NCBI GenBank assembly: GCA_002269645.1
Contig: NIVC01000769.1
Location: 62,001-126,000 of the forward strand
Source: Macrostomum lignano
Taxonomy: Eukaryota
Direction of reading: 5' to 3'
DNA: 64,000 nt
In this document: positions 48,691 through 61,030 of the stretch, in pieces
Layout: every line of letters starts with the position of its first letter
How positions within the stretch are numbered: the stretch's first letter is position 1
The notes under the pieces: generated by a model
Databases searched by the model: none
Seen by the model: the letters and a program-made list of their open reading frames with translations, nothing else
What the model was told of the DNA's origin: nothing
Translations under genes and position numbers: made by a program

Positions 48691-49605
48691 ATGCCGCTCG
48701 CTAAGGCGCGTTTGCCGACTTTGACGGCGCCGCTCACTCCGCCTCCTACGCCGGACGCCACAACCAGCCAACGCTCGAACGCTCCGACCAGTACCTTGAG
48801 CCCGGAGGCGCAGGCCGAGCTGCTGCTGCGCCTGAAGCACCAGCAGGACCTGAGAAACCTGCACGCCCAGTACAATCCCGGCGAAGGTATTCAAACCGGA
48901 GTGATTCTCGCCGCCTCCCTGGTCATCTGCTTCCTATACGTGTTCTACAAGTCCAAGTGCAAGCGCACCTCGGACATCTACGAGGAGGAGGTCATCCGCC
49001 GATCACAATTCGACGCAAAGTTTTTCTCCTATAGTCAGGAGTGGCCAACGGCAGCGGCGGCGGCGGCTGGTGTTGCTCGGGGACCAGTCGATGGGAAGCA
49101 TAACAAGCAGCAGCAACAGCAACAACAACAGAATAAAGCCCCCGGAAAGCGGAAGAGCGTCCGAAAGAAGCAACAGAAGCGGCTCGCCAACGCCCAGCAG
49201 ACGCTGAAATCCGACATGAAGAAGCGACAGAGCGACGCAAAGTGGTACCAGAAGCGGCTGAAAGAGGTCTGGCACTCTGGCAAGCAGAAGACGCAGGACT
49301 GGATCGCCAGCCACCGAGCCGCCGCAGATTTCCAAGATTCCCACCAGCGCCTTTGCCAGTCCAACGTGGAGCTGCAGCTGCGGCCCAGCCTCCTCGCCCA
49401 GCTGCATCTCGCCGAGTCCGGCAACGGCGGCACCGGCAGCAGTAGGAGCGCCAGCAACACGCCCTACCGACAGATTGGCGGCTCCAGACGGCAGCAGCCA
49501 CTGCAACGGGCTGGCCCGCTTACCCTCCTCGTTGACGAACCCGACCTGCAGCGGCAGTCACTGCAGCAACCCCAGGAGCTAAACTGCTCATCCAGTGCTA
49601 GCCAA

Positions 49606-49643
<38 letters not shown>

Positions 49644-49809
49644 GCAGCAACAGCAAGCAGCCTCTCTTTCCCCAGTCGCCGAGGAGGAGGCCTGCCCGCT
49701 GTTATTGAACTCAGCTGGAGCCACGGCAGTCCGGACTCTAGCCAGCTCAGACAGGTTTGAGGCCCAGGCACTGGTGCACAGCAGCAGCCAGCAGCCTGTT
49801 GGCACCTAA
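48691..49809 (+). CDS. Orphan single-pass membrane protein (372-aa ORF) with polyQ/polyA cytoplasmic tail; the N-terminus may be spliced from upstream
   Basis: 1.1-kb GC-rich ORF; one hydrophobic helix GIQTGVILAASLVICFLYVFY followed by basic KSKCKR; Q-tracts. Possible acceptor gctcgtag| at about 48663, in frame. Confidence 0.7.
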
Positions 49810-50295
49810 GGAGCTCTCCCTATCCTCTTTGTATTATCACATAGCGCCCATTGCTGAATTTTCCACTGACAGAGATGATTTTTCTCTTAGTTTTTATTAC
49901 GGCTGTTTTCTCTCCCTCTCTCCTGTCGTTCTGGATTTCTGCACATGACGGCAGCATCAGATCCACATTTTTAAACCAATTCATCACTGATCTCTCCTTC
50001 TCTGTATGCTTGTGTTTCCGTGTACGCGTGCCGTAGCCGTATCTCATAAAGCATTGCTGAAATTTGTTTTACTGGGTAACTGTCATTGCATTAGGCTCTC
50101 CCAAGATGTACCACAGACCGCTGTGAATGCGCTATGCGAGTATGCGTGTTGGATGATTGCATGTTAAGCCCAACATAAATGCACTACAGAGATGGAAGAT
50201 AGTCAATAGTTTGTTTTAACCGTGTTCGTTTTGAACGATGACATTAGTATAGAAATGTTCTTGTGTCCGTGTAGTGTATTGTTAAAATTCTATAG

Positions 50296-50639
50296 TAGGC
50301 GTCGGCAAACTTTCTTTCCACAAGGGCCAGATAGAGAACCCAGCTTATGGTTGCGGTCAGGTGAGAGAGTAAAGCAGAGGGAATAGAGAAGGGAGAAAAG
50401 GAAAGGGAGAGAAGAGATGAAAGAAGAGAGGAGAGGGGAGACGCGAGAGAGGAAACGAGAGGAGAGATGAGATAATATGAGATGAGAGGAGGTGCTCGTA
50501 GGAGAGATGAAAAGAGAGGAGATAGGGGAGACGAGAGAAGAGAGCTGAGAAGAGACACAAACCTCGAGCTATTGTAAAGTTTCAACTGACCCGAGGGCCG
50601 GATAGAGAGGCTTTGCGGGCCGTAGTTTGCCGACCCCAG
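50296..50639. mobile_element. hAT (Charlie-like) MITE with GA-rich interior
   Basis: Ends taggcgtcggcaaact / ggccgtagtttgccgaccccag; flanking 8-mers ttctatag (50288-50295) and gtctatag (50640-50647), a 7/8 TSD match. Confidence 0.8.
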
Positions 50640-53477
50640 GTCTATAGCAACCAATTAGAGTGACACCCTTCAGGTGCAGGCTGCTGCATTTCCCTGTCAT
50701 TAATTAACGTACAAAACAGCAAATTCGAGTGCGAGTCCCGTTTAATTTTTTATTCGTGTAATATTTTTTGTTATTGTCAGTGCCAATACAGCTTATGGTA
50801 TTTTATCGTGCACAAGGGTTCCGGAGTAGATCGTGTCCCTGGAAGACTGCTCGTTAATCAAGTTCAACAGGAACTGGATGTTGGAATTTTGGCTTGAGCA
50901 AGTTCGTTGCTATTGCATGCTTAGCGGTCAAGAGCGGCAGGCCCAAAATTATTCTATGAGATACTCGGTAGTGTTTCCGATAGCTATTCTCTCTCCGAGA
51001 CACCTGAGCTCAGTCTTTAAGTCCCTTCTATAGTCTCTGCTCCCCTCCGCTTCCCTCTTTAACTCTTCTTTTCTAGCTCCATCCTGCTCCATCCTCTCCC
51101 CTCTATTCCTCCTTATTCTTGTTCCTCTACTACCTCCCAGTCCCAAGCCATATCTGCCGCTCTGCTCTGCAATCGAACTACATGCAGCTCTGAGCCACCG
51201 TCTGTCCGGGCAGCGCAAGAGTCTCATAGCCACTGGTTCTAGTGCAAATATTGAACTAACAAATACACTGACTCACGCCCTTAGCCGCTGTATTTGTAAA
51301 TATTTTAATCAATTCTGGAATAGCGATAACTATTTTAATATTTGGGTTGCGCTTGTTTCTTTGATTTCTCTGAAGCAGTGTGAATAGCGCTTGCATTTCT
51401 GTCATGGGTAGGTTTTAATAAATGTCCGCAAAGCAAGCATTACCTCAAATGACGCATTGTATCATTTGCTTTTTGGTAGTGGCTAATATTTCTTAAAGTT
51501 GTCGCTGATACTCAACAGTAGCTTCTCATCATCTTTGTTAAACTATTAATTTTTAGTAGCGTAACGGATAACACGACCGGCAGTGTTGCGCCAGAGAAAC
51601 CGGGTTAAATTATCTGCGCGTGAACATTATTAATCTGGCGCTTATCGTGCGGATCAAATGAGGACCATTCCTAAGTCACAGCGTGTGTACACTCGTTGCC
51701 TGATGAGCGGCATGACTCAGACTTGCGACAGTTGCAAGCCTCAGACTACACGGGGCATTTTCAGGGTTGTCGTTATTCAATAAAACCAGCAGATAACGCT
51801 CGCATTAAAAGATCGCATTGAAGGCAGCCGCGAGAGCAAAGTCCGGTTTTGAGCTGTCATGAATGGCAGCGGTGGGCAAGTAGGGAGGCCTAAATAATTG
51901 ATTTGTCAGGCTACAAGGAGGGGCAAGATGAGGCGGAGAGGGGAACTCAGCATGCTATTAACAATGTTTTGGGGTCGGATTTTCTAAGCTGTTTTTCTGT
52001 CCAACGCTGCTCGTGCCGGTTGTGGGCGCAGCGGTGGCTATGGTGTGTAGGGGATCATCGCATGGCTTGGACCAACTTTCCCCATATCCAGAGCCCGCCG
52101 CCTGCTCAGCCAAACTATACCACCACCCCCAATGCCCTTTCACCTGGGTGGGGATAGGCATGGCGAGGAAGGAAAGGAGAGAGAACGATAGAGAGACAGT
52201 CGATTGCGAGTCAGGGGTAGAGCGGAGTGAATGGGTGCGGAAAATCTTCTCAGGGTTTATTTGGTTTTGGGGCTTGTAGTTTTTTCCTAGCATGCTGCAT
52301 ATTATACACTGGCTGCCAGGCACTGTTTGCACTGGGTCTCACGACAGCTCAGCTGATTTTCAAATCTGTCTTGCTGCCACTAGCGAAACCATGGGGGCAG
52401 CTATTTCTGCTTTTAATATTCGAAGCTACACTCTCCGAATCCCCAGCCGACGGGCCGGGAGTGCATTATCGCTGCGCCCTAGGTTTATGAGCAAGTGACC
52501 CGCCTCCGAACTCCCTCGGGATCTCCAGGGTACAATCATCTCTTCTGCTGTTGTTGTTCACAATGTCGCTTGGCACTGCGAAACTGCAACGGCGAAAGAG
52601 GGGAGAAGGTCCCTGCGGGCTCCAGTTGTGGAAACAAACGAATGCGCTTTTCCTTGGTGGCGGGGGGAGTGTAGGGGATCCCAGCCCGACCCCATTTTCT
52701 TTCCCAGCAGCATCCCCTGCTCAGGGCCTCAGCCGAGCAATGGTGGTGGAGAAGCTTTTGCTGCTGCCGGGGCCTCTCCTCCTAGTGTTTTATTGATTAT
52801 TCTCTCTCTACTCTTGTGGCTCCATGCCTCTGAGCAGCTCAGCTCTCATTCCCTGCATCCTCCTCATCCCCCAATTCAGTTTTCCCTACGGCTGTCTTCC
52901 CAACTAAACCCACACCCCCATGCGTGTCTCCCGCCCCTCTCCCGGTCTGTCCCCGCGCAGCCCTCCCTGGTTGCCCCCCTCCCCGATAACATTCGACAGA
53001 AACGAAGTCGTCCATTATGGACAGGCGAGCGAGAGAGACAGGCTGGGAGAGAGCGATGATGCAGAGGATGGCAAGGGCCATCTCAGGTTTGCGCGGATGA
53101 AGACAGGAGTGAAGCTGGAAGGATCAGCTGCAGCTGCGGCAGCGATATCCAACTGCCTCTGCCCGGGTTCCTCCGCTTGTGAAATCCGATGATAAAAATG
53201 CATTTTGAGATAGCAATTATGGAGCTGATATGTATGCAGTGCAATGCTGCTGTTTTACAACAGCTGAGCTCCCTGCGGAATTCAGGCTGAGAGCCAATTC
53301 GGGTTAATGATCAGGTGCCAGTCATTCTCCAACTTGCATTCCCTTTAGCCACCCCGGGCTGATTCACGTGCCTGCAGCTTGGCGAGCAAAATAAGTCTAA
53401 ACTGAAACTGTGGCAACTCGAGACTACCTAGAGCAGTTTGAGGCTGCTGAGGAATGCGAGGGATGAATTATTGTGAA

Positions 53478-56400
53478 TGAATTTGAGGGTTTAGTTTGAT
53501 TGAGTTTGAGGGTTTAGTTTGACTGAATTTGAGGGTTTAGTTTGATTGAGTTTAATGTTTTAGTTTGATTGAGTTTAAGGGTTTAGTTTGATTGAGTTTG
53601 AGGGTTTAGTTTGACTGAGTTTGAGGGTTTAGTTTGACTGAATTTGAGGGTTTAGTTTGATTGAGTTTAAGGGTTTAGTTTGATTGGGTTTGAGGGTTTA
53701 GTTTGATTGAGTTTGAGGGTTTAGTTTGACTGAGTTTGAGGGTTTAGTTTGATTGAGTTTGAGGGTTTAGTTTGACTGAGTTTGAGGGTTTAGTTTGACT
53801 GAATTTGAGGGTTTAGTTTGATTGAGTTTAAGGGTTTACTTTGATTGAGTTTAAGGGTTTAGTTTGATTGAGTTTGAGGGTTTAGTTTGACTGAGTTTGA
53901 GGGTTTAGTTTGACTGAATTTGAGGGTTTAGTTTGATTGAGTTTAAGGGTTTAGTTTGATTGAGTTTGAGGGTTTAGTTTGATTGAGTTTGAGGGTTTAG
54001 TTTGACTGAATTTGAGGGTTTAGTTTGATTGAGTTTGAGGGTTTAGTTTGACTGAATTTGAGGGTTTAGTTTGATTGAGTTTGAGGGTTTAGTTTGATTG
54101 AGTTTAAGGGTTTAGTTTGATTGAGTTTGAGGGTTTAGTTTGACTGAGTTTGAGGGTTTAGTTTGATTGAGTTTGAGGGTTTAGTTTGACTGAGTTTGAG
54201 GGTTTAGTTTGACTGAATTTGAGGGTTTAGTTTGATTGAGTTTAAGGGTTTAGTTTGATTGAGTTTAAGGGTTTAGTTTGATTGAGTTTGAGGGTTTAGT
54301 TTGACTGAGTTTGAGGGTTTAGTTTGACTGAATTTGAGGGTTTAGTTTGATTGAGTTTAAGGGTTTAGTTTGATTGAGTTTGAGGGTTTAGTTTGATTGA
54401 GTTTGAGGGTTTAGTTTGACTGAATTTGAGGGTTTAGTTTGATTGAGTTTGAGGGTTTAGTTTGATTGAGTTTGAGGGTTTAGTTTGATTGAGTTTGAGG
54501 GTTTAGTTTGATTGAATTTGAGGGTTTAGTTTGATTGAGTTTGAGGGTTTAGTTTGATTGAGTTTGAGGGTTTAGTTTGATTGAATTTGAGGGTTTAGTT
54601 TGATTAAATTTGAGGGTTTAGTTTGATTGAGTTTAAGAGTTTAGTTTGATTGAGTTTAAGGGTTTAGTTTGGTTGAGTTTGAGGGTTTAGTTTGATTGAG
54701 TTTGAGGGTTTAGTTTGATTGAGTTTGAGGGTTTAGTTTGATTGAGTTTGAGGGTTTAGTTTGATTGAGTTTAAGGGTTTAGTTTGGTTGAGTTTGAGGG
54801 TTTAGTTTGATTGAGTTTGAGGGTTTAGTTTGATTGAGTTTGAGGGTTTAGTTTGATTGAGTTTGAGGGTTTAGTTTGATTGAATTTGAGGGTTTAGTTT
54901 GATTGAGTTTGAGGGTTTAGTTTGATTGAGTTTAAGGGTTTAGTTTGATTGAGTTTAAGGGTTTAGTTTGATTGAGTTTGAGGGTTTAGTTTGATTGAGT
55001 TTGAGGGTTTAGTTTGATTGAATTTGAGGGTTTAGTTTGATTGAATTTGAGGGTTTAGTTTGACTGAATTTGAGGGTTTAGTTTGATTGAGTTTAAGGGT
55101 TTAGTTTGATTGGGTTTGAGGGTTTAGTTTGATTGAGTTTGAGGGTTTAGTTTGACTGAGTTTGAGGGTTTAGTTTGATTGAGTTTGAGGGTTTAGTTTG
55201 ACTGAATTTGAGGGTTTAGTTTGATTGAGTTTGAGGGTTTAGTTTGATTGAGTTTAAGGGTTTAGTTTGATTGAGTTTGAGGGTTTAGTTTGACTGAGTT
55301 TGAGGGTTTAGTTTGACTGAATTTGAGGGTTTAGTTTGATTGAGTTTAAGGGTTTAGTTTGATTGGGTTTGAGGGTTTAGTTTGATTGAGTTTGAGGGTT
55401 TAGTTTGACTGAGTTTGAGGGTTTAGTTTGATTGAGTTTGAGGGTTTAGTTTGACTGAGTTTGAGGGTTTAGTTTGACTGAATTTGAGGGTTTAGTTTGA
55501 TTGAGTTTAAGGGTTTAGTTTGATTGAGTTTAAGGGTTTAGTTTGATTGAGTTTGAGGGTTTAGTTTGACTGAGTTTGAGGGTTTAGTTTGACTGAATTT
55601 GAGGGTTTAGTTTGATTGAGTTTAAGGGTTTAGTTTGATTGAGTTTGAGGGTTTAGTTTGATTGAGTTTGAGGGTTTAGTTTGACTGAATTTGAGGGTTT
55701 AGTTTGATTGAGTTTGAGGGTTTAGTTTGATTGAGTTTGAGGGTTTAGTTTGATTGAGTTTGAGGGTTTAGTTTGATTGAATTTGAGGGTTTAGTTTGAT
55801 TGAGTTTGAGGGTTTAGTTTGATTGAGTTTGAGGGTTTAGTTTGATTGAATTTGAGGGTTTAGTTTGATTAAATTTGAGGGTTTAGTTTGATTGAGTTTA
55901 AGAGTTTAGTTTGATTGAGTTTAAGGGTTTAGTTTGGTTGAGTTTGAGGGTTTAGTTTGATTGAGTTTGAGGGTTTAGTTTGATTGAGTTTGAGGGTTTA
56001 GTTTGATTGAGTTTGAGGGTTTAGTTTGATTGAGTTTAAGGGTTTAGTTTGGTTGAGTTTGAGGGTTTAGTTTGATTGAGTTTGAGGGTTTAGTTTGATT
56101 GAGTTTGAGGGTTTAGTTTGATTGAGTTTGAGGGTTTAGTTTGATTGAATTTGAGGGTTTAGTTTGATTGAGTTTGAGGGTTTAGTTTGATTGAGTTTAA
56201 GGGTTTAGTTTGATTGAGTTTAAGGGTTTAGTTTGATTGAGTTTGAGGGTTTAGTTTGATTGAGTTTGAGGGTTTAGTTTGATTGAATTTGAGGGTTTAG
56301 TTTGATTGAATTTGAGGGTTTAGTTTGATTGAGTTTAAGATTTTAGTTTGATTGAGTTTAAGGGTTTAGTTTGGTTGAGTTTGAGGGTTTAGTTTGATTG

Positions 56401-58953
56401 AGTTTGAGGGTTTAGTTTGATTGAGTTTGAGGGTTTAGTTTGATTGAGTTTGAGGGTTTAGTTTGATTGAATTTGAGGGTTTAGTTTGATTGAGTTTGAG
56501 GGTTTAGTTTGACTGAGTTTAAGGGTTTAGTTTGATTGAGTTTGAGGGTTTAGTTTGATTGAGTTTGAGGGTTTAGTTTGATTGAATTTGAGGGTTTAGT
56601 TTGATTGAGTTTAAGGGTTTAGTTTGATTGAGTTTAAGGGTTTAGTTTGATTGAGTTTGAGGGTTTAGTTTGACTGAGTTTGAGGGTTTAGTTTGACTGA
56701 ATTTGAGGGTTTAGTTTGATTGAGTTTGAGGGTTTAGTTTGATTGAGTTTGAGGGTTTAGTTTGATTGAGTTTGAGGGTTTAGTTTGACTGAGTTTGAGG
56801 GTTTAGTTTGACTGAATTTGAGGGTTTAGTTTGATTGAGTTTAAGGGTTTAGTTTGATTGGGTTTGAGGGTTTAGTTTGATTGAGTTTGAGGGTTTAGTT
56901 TGACTGAGTTTGAGGGTTTAGTTTGATTGAGTTTGAGGGTTTAGTTTGATTGAGTTTGAGGGTTTAGTTTGACTGAATTTGAGGGTTTAGTTTGATTGAG
57001 TTTAAGGGTTTAGTTTGATTGAGTTTAAGGGTTTAGTTTGATTGAGTTTGAGGGTTTAGTTTGACTGAGTTTGAGGGTTTAGTTTGACTGAATTTGAGGG
57101 TTTAGTTTGATTGAGTTTAAGGGTTTAGTTTGATTGAGTTTGAGGGTTTAGTTTGATTGAGTTTGAGGGTTTAGTTTGACTGAATTTGAGGGTTTAGTTT
57201 GATTGAGTTTGAGGGTTTAGTTTGATTGAGTTTGAGGGTTTAGTTTGATTGAGTTTGAGGGTTTAGTTTGATTGAATTTGAGGGTTTAGTTTGATTGAGT
57301 TTGAGGGTTTAGTTTGATTGAGTTTGAGGGTTTAGTTTGATTGAATTTGAGGGTTTAGTTTGATTAAATTTGAGGGTTTAGTTTGATTGAGTTTAAGAGT
57401 TTAGTTTGATTGAGTTTAAGGGTTTAGTTTGGTTGAGTTTGAGGGTTTAGTTTGATTGAGTTTGAGGGTTTAGTTTGATTGAGTTTGAGGGTTTAGTTTG
57501 ATTGAGTTTGAGGGTTTAGTTTGATTGAGTTTAAGGGTTTAGTTTGGTTGAGTTTGAGGGTTTAGTTTGATTGAGTTTGAGGGTTTAGTTTGATTGAGTT
57601 TGAGGGTTTAGTTTGATTGAGTTTGAGGGTTTAGTTTGATTGAATTTGAGGGTTTAGTTTGATTGAGTTTGAGGGTTTAGTTTGATTGAGTTTAAGGGTT
57701 TAGTTTGATTGAGTTTAAGGGTTTAGTTTGATTGAGTTTGAGGGTTTAGTTTGATTGAGTTTGAGGGTTTAGTTTGATTGAATTTGAGGGTTTAGTTTGA
57801 TTGAATTTGAGGGTTTAGTTTGATTGAGTTTAAGATTTTAGTTTGATTGAGTTTGAGGGTTTAGTTTGGTTGAGTTTGAGGGTTTAGTTTGATTGAGTTT
57901 GAGGGTTTAGTTTGATTGAGTTTGAGGGTTTAGTTTGATTGAGTTTGAGGGTTTAGTTTGATTGAATTTGAGGGTTTAGTTTGATTGAGTTTGAGGGTTT
58001 AGTTTGACTGAGTTTAAGGGTTTAGTTTGATTGAGTTTGAGGGTTTAGTTTGATTGAGTTTGAGGGTTTAGTTTGATTGAATTTGAGGGTTTAGTTTGAT
58101 TGAGTTTAAGGGTTTAGTTTGATTGAGTTTAAGGGTTTAGTTTGATTGAGTTTGAGGGTTTAGTTTGATTGAGTTTGAGGGTTTAGTTTGATTGAGTTTG
58201 AGGGTTTAGTTTGATTGAGTTTGAGGGTTTAGTTTGATTGAGTTTGAGGGTTTAGTTTGATTAAATTTGAGGGTTTAGTTTGATTGAGTTTAAGAGTTTA
58301 GTTTGATTGAGTTTGAGGGTTTAGTTTGATTGAGTTTGAGGGTTTAGTTTGATTGAGTTTGAGGGTTTAGTTTGATTGAGTTTGAGGGTTTAGTTTGATT
58401 GAGTTTGAGGGTTTAGTTTGATTGAGTTTGAGGGTTTAGTTTGATTGAGTTTGAGGGTTTAGTTTGATTGAGTTTGAGGGTTTAGTTTGATTGAGTTTGA
58501 GGGTTTAGTTTGATTGAGTTTGAGGGTTTAGTTTGACTGAATTTGAGGGTTTAGTTTGATTGAGTTTGAGGGTTTAGTTTGATTGAGTTTGAGGGTTTAG
58601 TTTGATTGAGTTTAAGGGTTTAGTTTGATTGAGTTTGAGGGTTTAGTTTGATTGAGTTTGAGGGTTTAGTTTGATTGAATTTGAGGGTTTAGTTTGATTG
58701 AGTTTGAGGGTTTAGTTTGATTGAGTTTGAGGGTTTAGTTTGATTAAATTTGAGGGTTTAGTTTGATTGAGTTTGAGGGTTTAGTTTGATTGGGTTTGAG
58801 TGTTTAGTTTGATTGAATTTGAGGGTTTAGTTTGATTGAATTTGAGGGTTTAGTTTGATTGAGTTTGAGGGTTTAGTTTGATTGAGTTTGAGGGTTTAGT
58901 TTGATTGGGTTTGAGGGTTTAGTTTGATTTAATTTGAGGGTTTAGTTTGATTG
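53478..58953. repeat. 23-bp G/T-rich satellite, about 5.5 kb, about 238 copies, with internal block duplications
   Basis: Unit gagtttgagggtttagtttgatt; variants gact, gaat, ttaagg, ggtt. Confidence 0.98.
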
Positions 58954-59682
58954 AATCGGGGCTGTTTCATTGAATTAGAAGCTTGTTCGAAGAAGACTTT
59001 CCTGTTTAGCTCCATTATCGGTATTGCCAAGTACTCGAGAGCAGGCCGCATTAACGAGCGCCCCCAGTTGGAGACTACAACTGCGCAAGCACAAGATGAG
59101 GCTCAAGGTCGAAAAGAGCTCTGCCTTATACCGGTTAGAGTTAGAGCATATACCGGTAGAGTGCGGCGTCATACAAATTCATATCCGGAATTCTCCACAC
59201 TGCTATAATACTCTCCATCTCGTATTACTCGCGGAGGCAATGCTGAGCAGTGTCGCTGCCCTCACTGCTCGCGCCGTAATGATAAGCGCGTCTCCCTCTC
59301 ATCAGGCCTGGCCATTCATCATCGGCCAGGCCTGAGTCTCTCTTTGCTCACCACGCAGAGGTGAGGAGAATTCGTGGCTGTAGTTTCGGGATTAGGGATT
59401 TCGGGTAGCTGGACGGCTGCAGGATTCAGAGGGGTTAGAAAAAGAAAAGTCTAAAATCGAAATTTCCCATTCACTTTGAGCTCGCGACTCCAACACTCGC
59501 TGTCGCGTTTGCCTGTTCTACACGCCTTTTTGCACTTTTATGCTTTCGCCCAGCAGAATTCTGTAGAATTGAAAGCATTGCGGCATTGGGGGGGGGGGGT
59601 GGGGGTGATCGCTGCCAAGAATTCGCTGCGTACAACTGTGTGGCATGTCATTTCGAAAGAAGCTGCTGGATAAATGGAGTAT

Positions 59683-61030
59683 GACTCAAGGACACTGAGG
59701 GAGCGGAGAGGCAGACTCAAGGACACTGAGGGAGCGGAGATGCAGACTCAAGGACACTGAGGGAGCGCAGAGGCAGACTCAAGGACTCTGGGGAGCGGAG
59801 AGGCAGACTCAAGGACACTGAGGGAGCGCAGAGGCAGACTCAAGGACTCTGGGGGAGCGGAGAGGCAGACTCAAGGACACTGAGGGAGCGGAGAGGCAGA
59901 CTCAAGGACACTGAGGGAGCGGAGAGGCAGACTCAAGGACACTGAGGGAGCGCAGAGGCAGACTCAAGGACACTGAGGGAGCGCAGAGGCAGACTCAAGG
60001 ACACTGAGGGAGCGCAGAGGCAGACTCAAGGACTCTGGGGGAGCGGAGAGGCAGACTCAAGGACACGAGGGAGCGGAGAGGCAGACTCAAGGACACGAGG
60101 GAGCGCAGAGGCAGACTCAAGGACACTGAGGGAGCGGAGAGGCAGACTCAAGGACACTGCGGGAGCGGAGAGGCAGACTCAAGGACACTGAGGGAGCGGA
60201 GAGGCAGACTCAAGGACACTGCGGGAGCGGAGAGGCAGACTCAAGGACACTGAGGGAGCGGAGAGGCAGACTCAAGGACACTGAGGGAGCGCAGAGGCAG
60301 ACTCAAGGACACTGAGGGAGCGCAGAGGCAGACTCAAGGACACTGAGGGAGCGCAGAGGCAGACTCAAGGACACTGAGGGAGCGGAGAGGCAGACTCAAG
60401 GACACGAGGGAGCGGAGAGGCAGACTCAAGGACACGAGGGAGCGCAGAGGCAGACTCAAGGACACTGAGGGAGCGGAGAGGCAGACTCAAGGACACTGCG
60501 GGAGCGGAGAGGCAGACTCAAGGACACTGAGGGAGCGGAGAGGCAGACTCAAGGACACTGCGGGAGCGGAGAGGCAGACTCAAGGACACTGCGGGAGCGG
60601 AGAGGCAGACTCAAGGACACTGAGGGAGCGCAGAGGTGGACTCAAGGACACTGCGGGAGCGGAGAGGCAGACTCAAGGACACTGAGGGAGCGCAGAGGCA
60701 TACTCAAGGACACTGAGGGAGCGGAGAGGCAGACTCAAGGACACTGAGGGAGCGCAGAGGTGGACTCAAGGACACTGAAAGAGCGCAGAGGTGGACTCAA
60801 GGACACTGCGGGAGCGGAGAGGCAGACTCAAGGACATTGAGGGAGCGCAGAGGCAGACTCAAGGACACTGAGGGAGCGCAGAGGCAGACTCAAGGACACT
60901 GAGGGAGCGCAGAGGCAGTCTCAAGGACACTGAGGGAGCGGAGAGGCAGACTCAAGGACACTGAGGGAGCGGAGAGGCAGACTCAAGGACACTGAGGGAG
61001 CGCAGAGGCAGACTCAAGGACTCTGAGGGC
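59683..61030. repeat. 31-bp purine-rich satellite, about 43 copies
   Basis: Unit gactcaaggacactgagggagc(g)(g/c)agaggca. Confidence 0.97.

Noticed and set aside
50833-53203. Numerous short ORFs (60-143 aa) on both strands
   Set aside because: Low-complexity GA/CT-rich sequence, no recognisable domain and no consistent exon chain.
53478-58953. True telomere
   Set aside because: The unit is 23 bp with a single GGGTTTAG, the array is internal with unique DNA on both sides, and it is not (TTAGGG)n.
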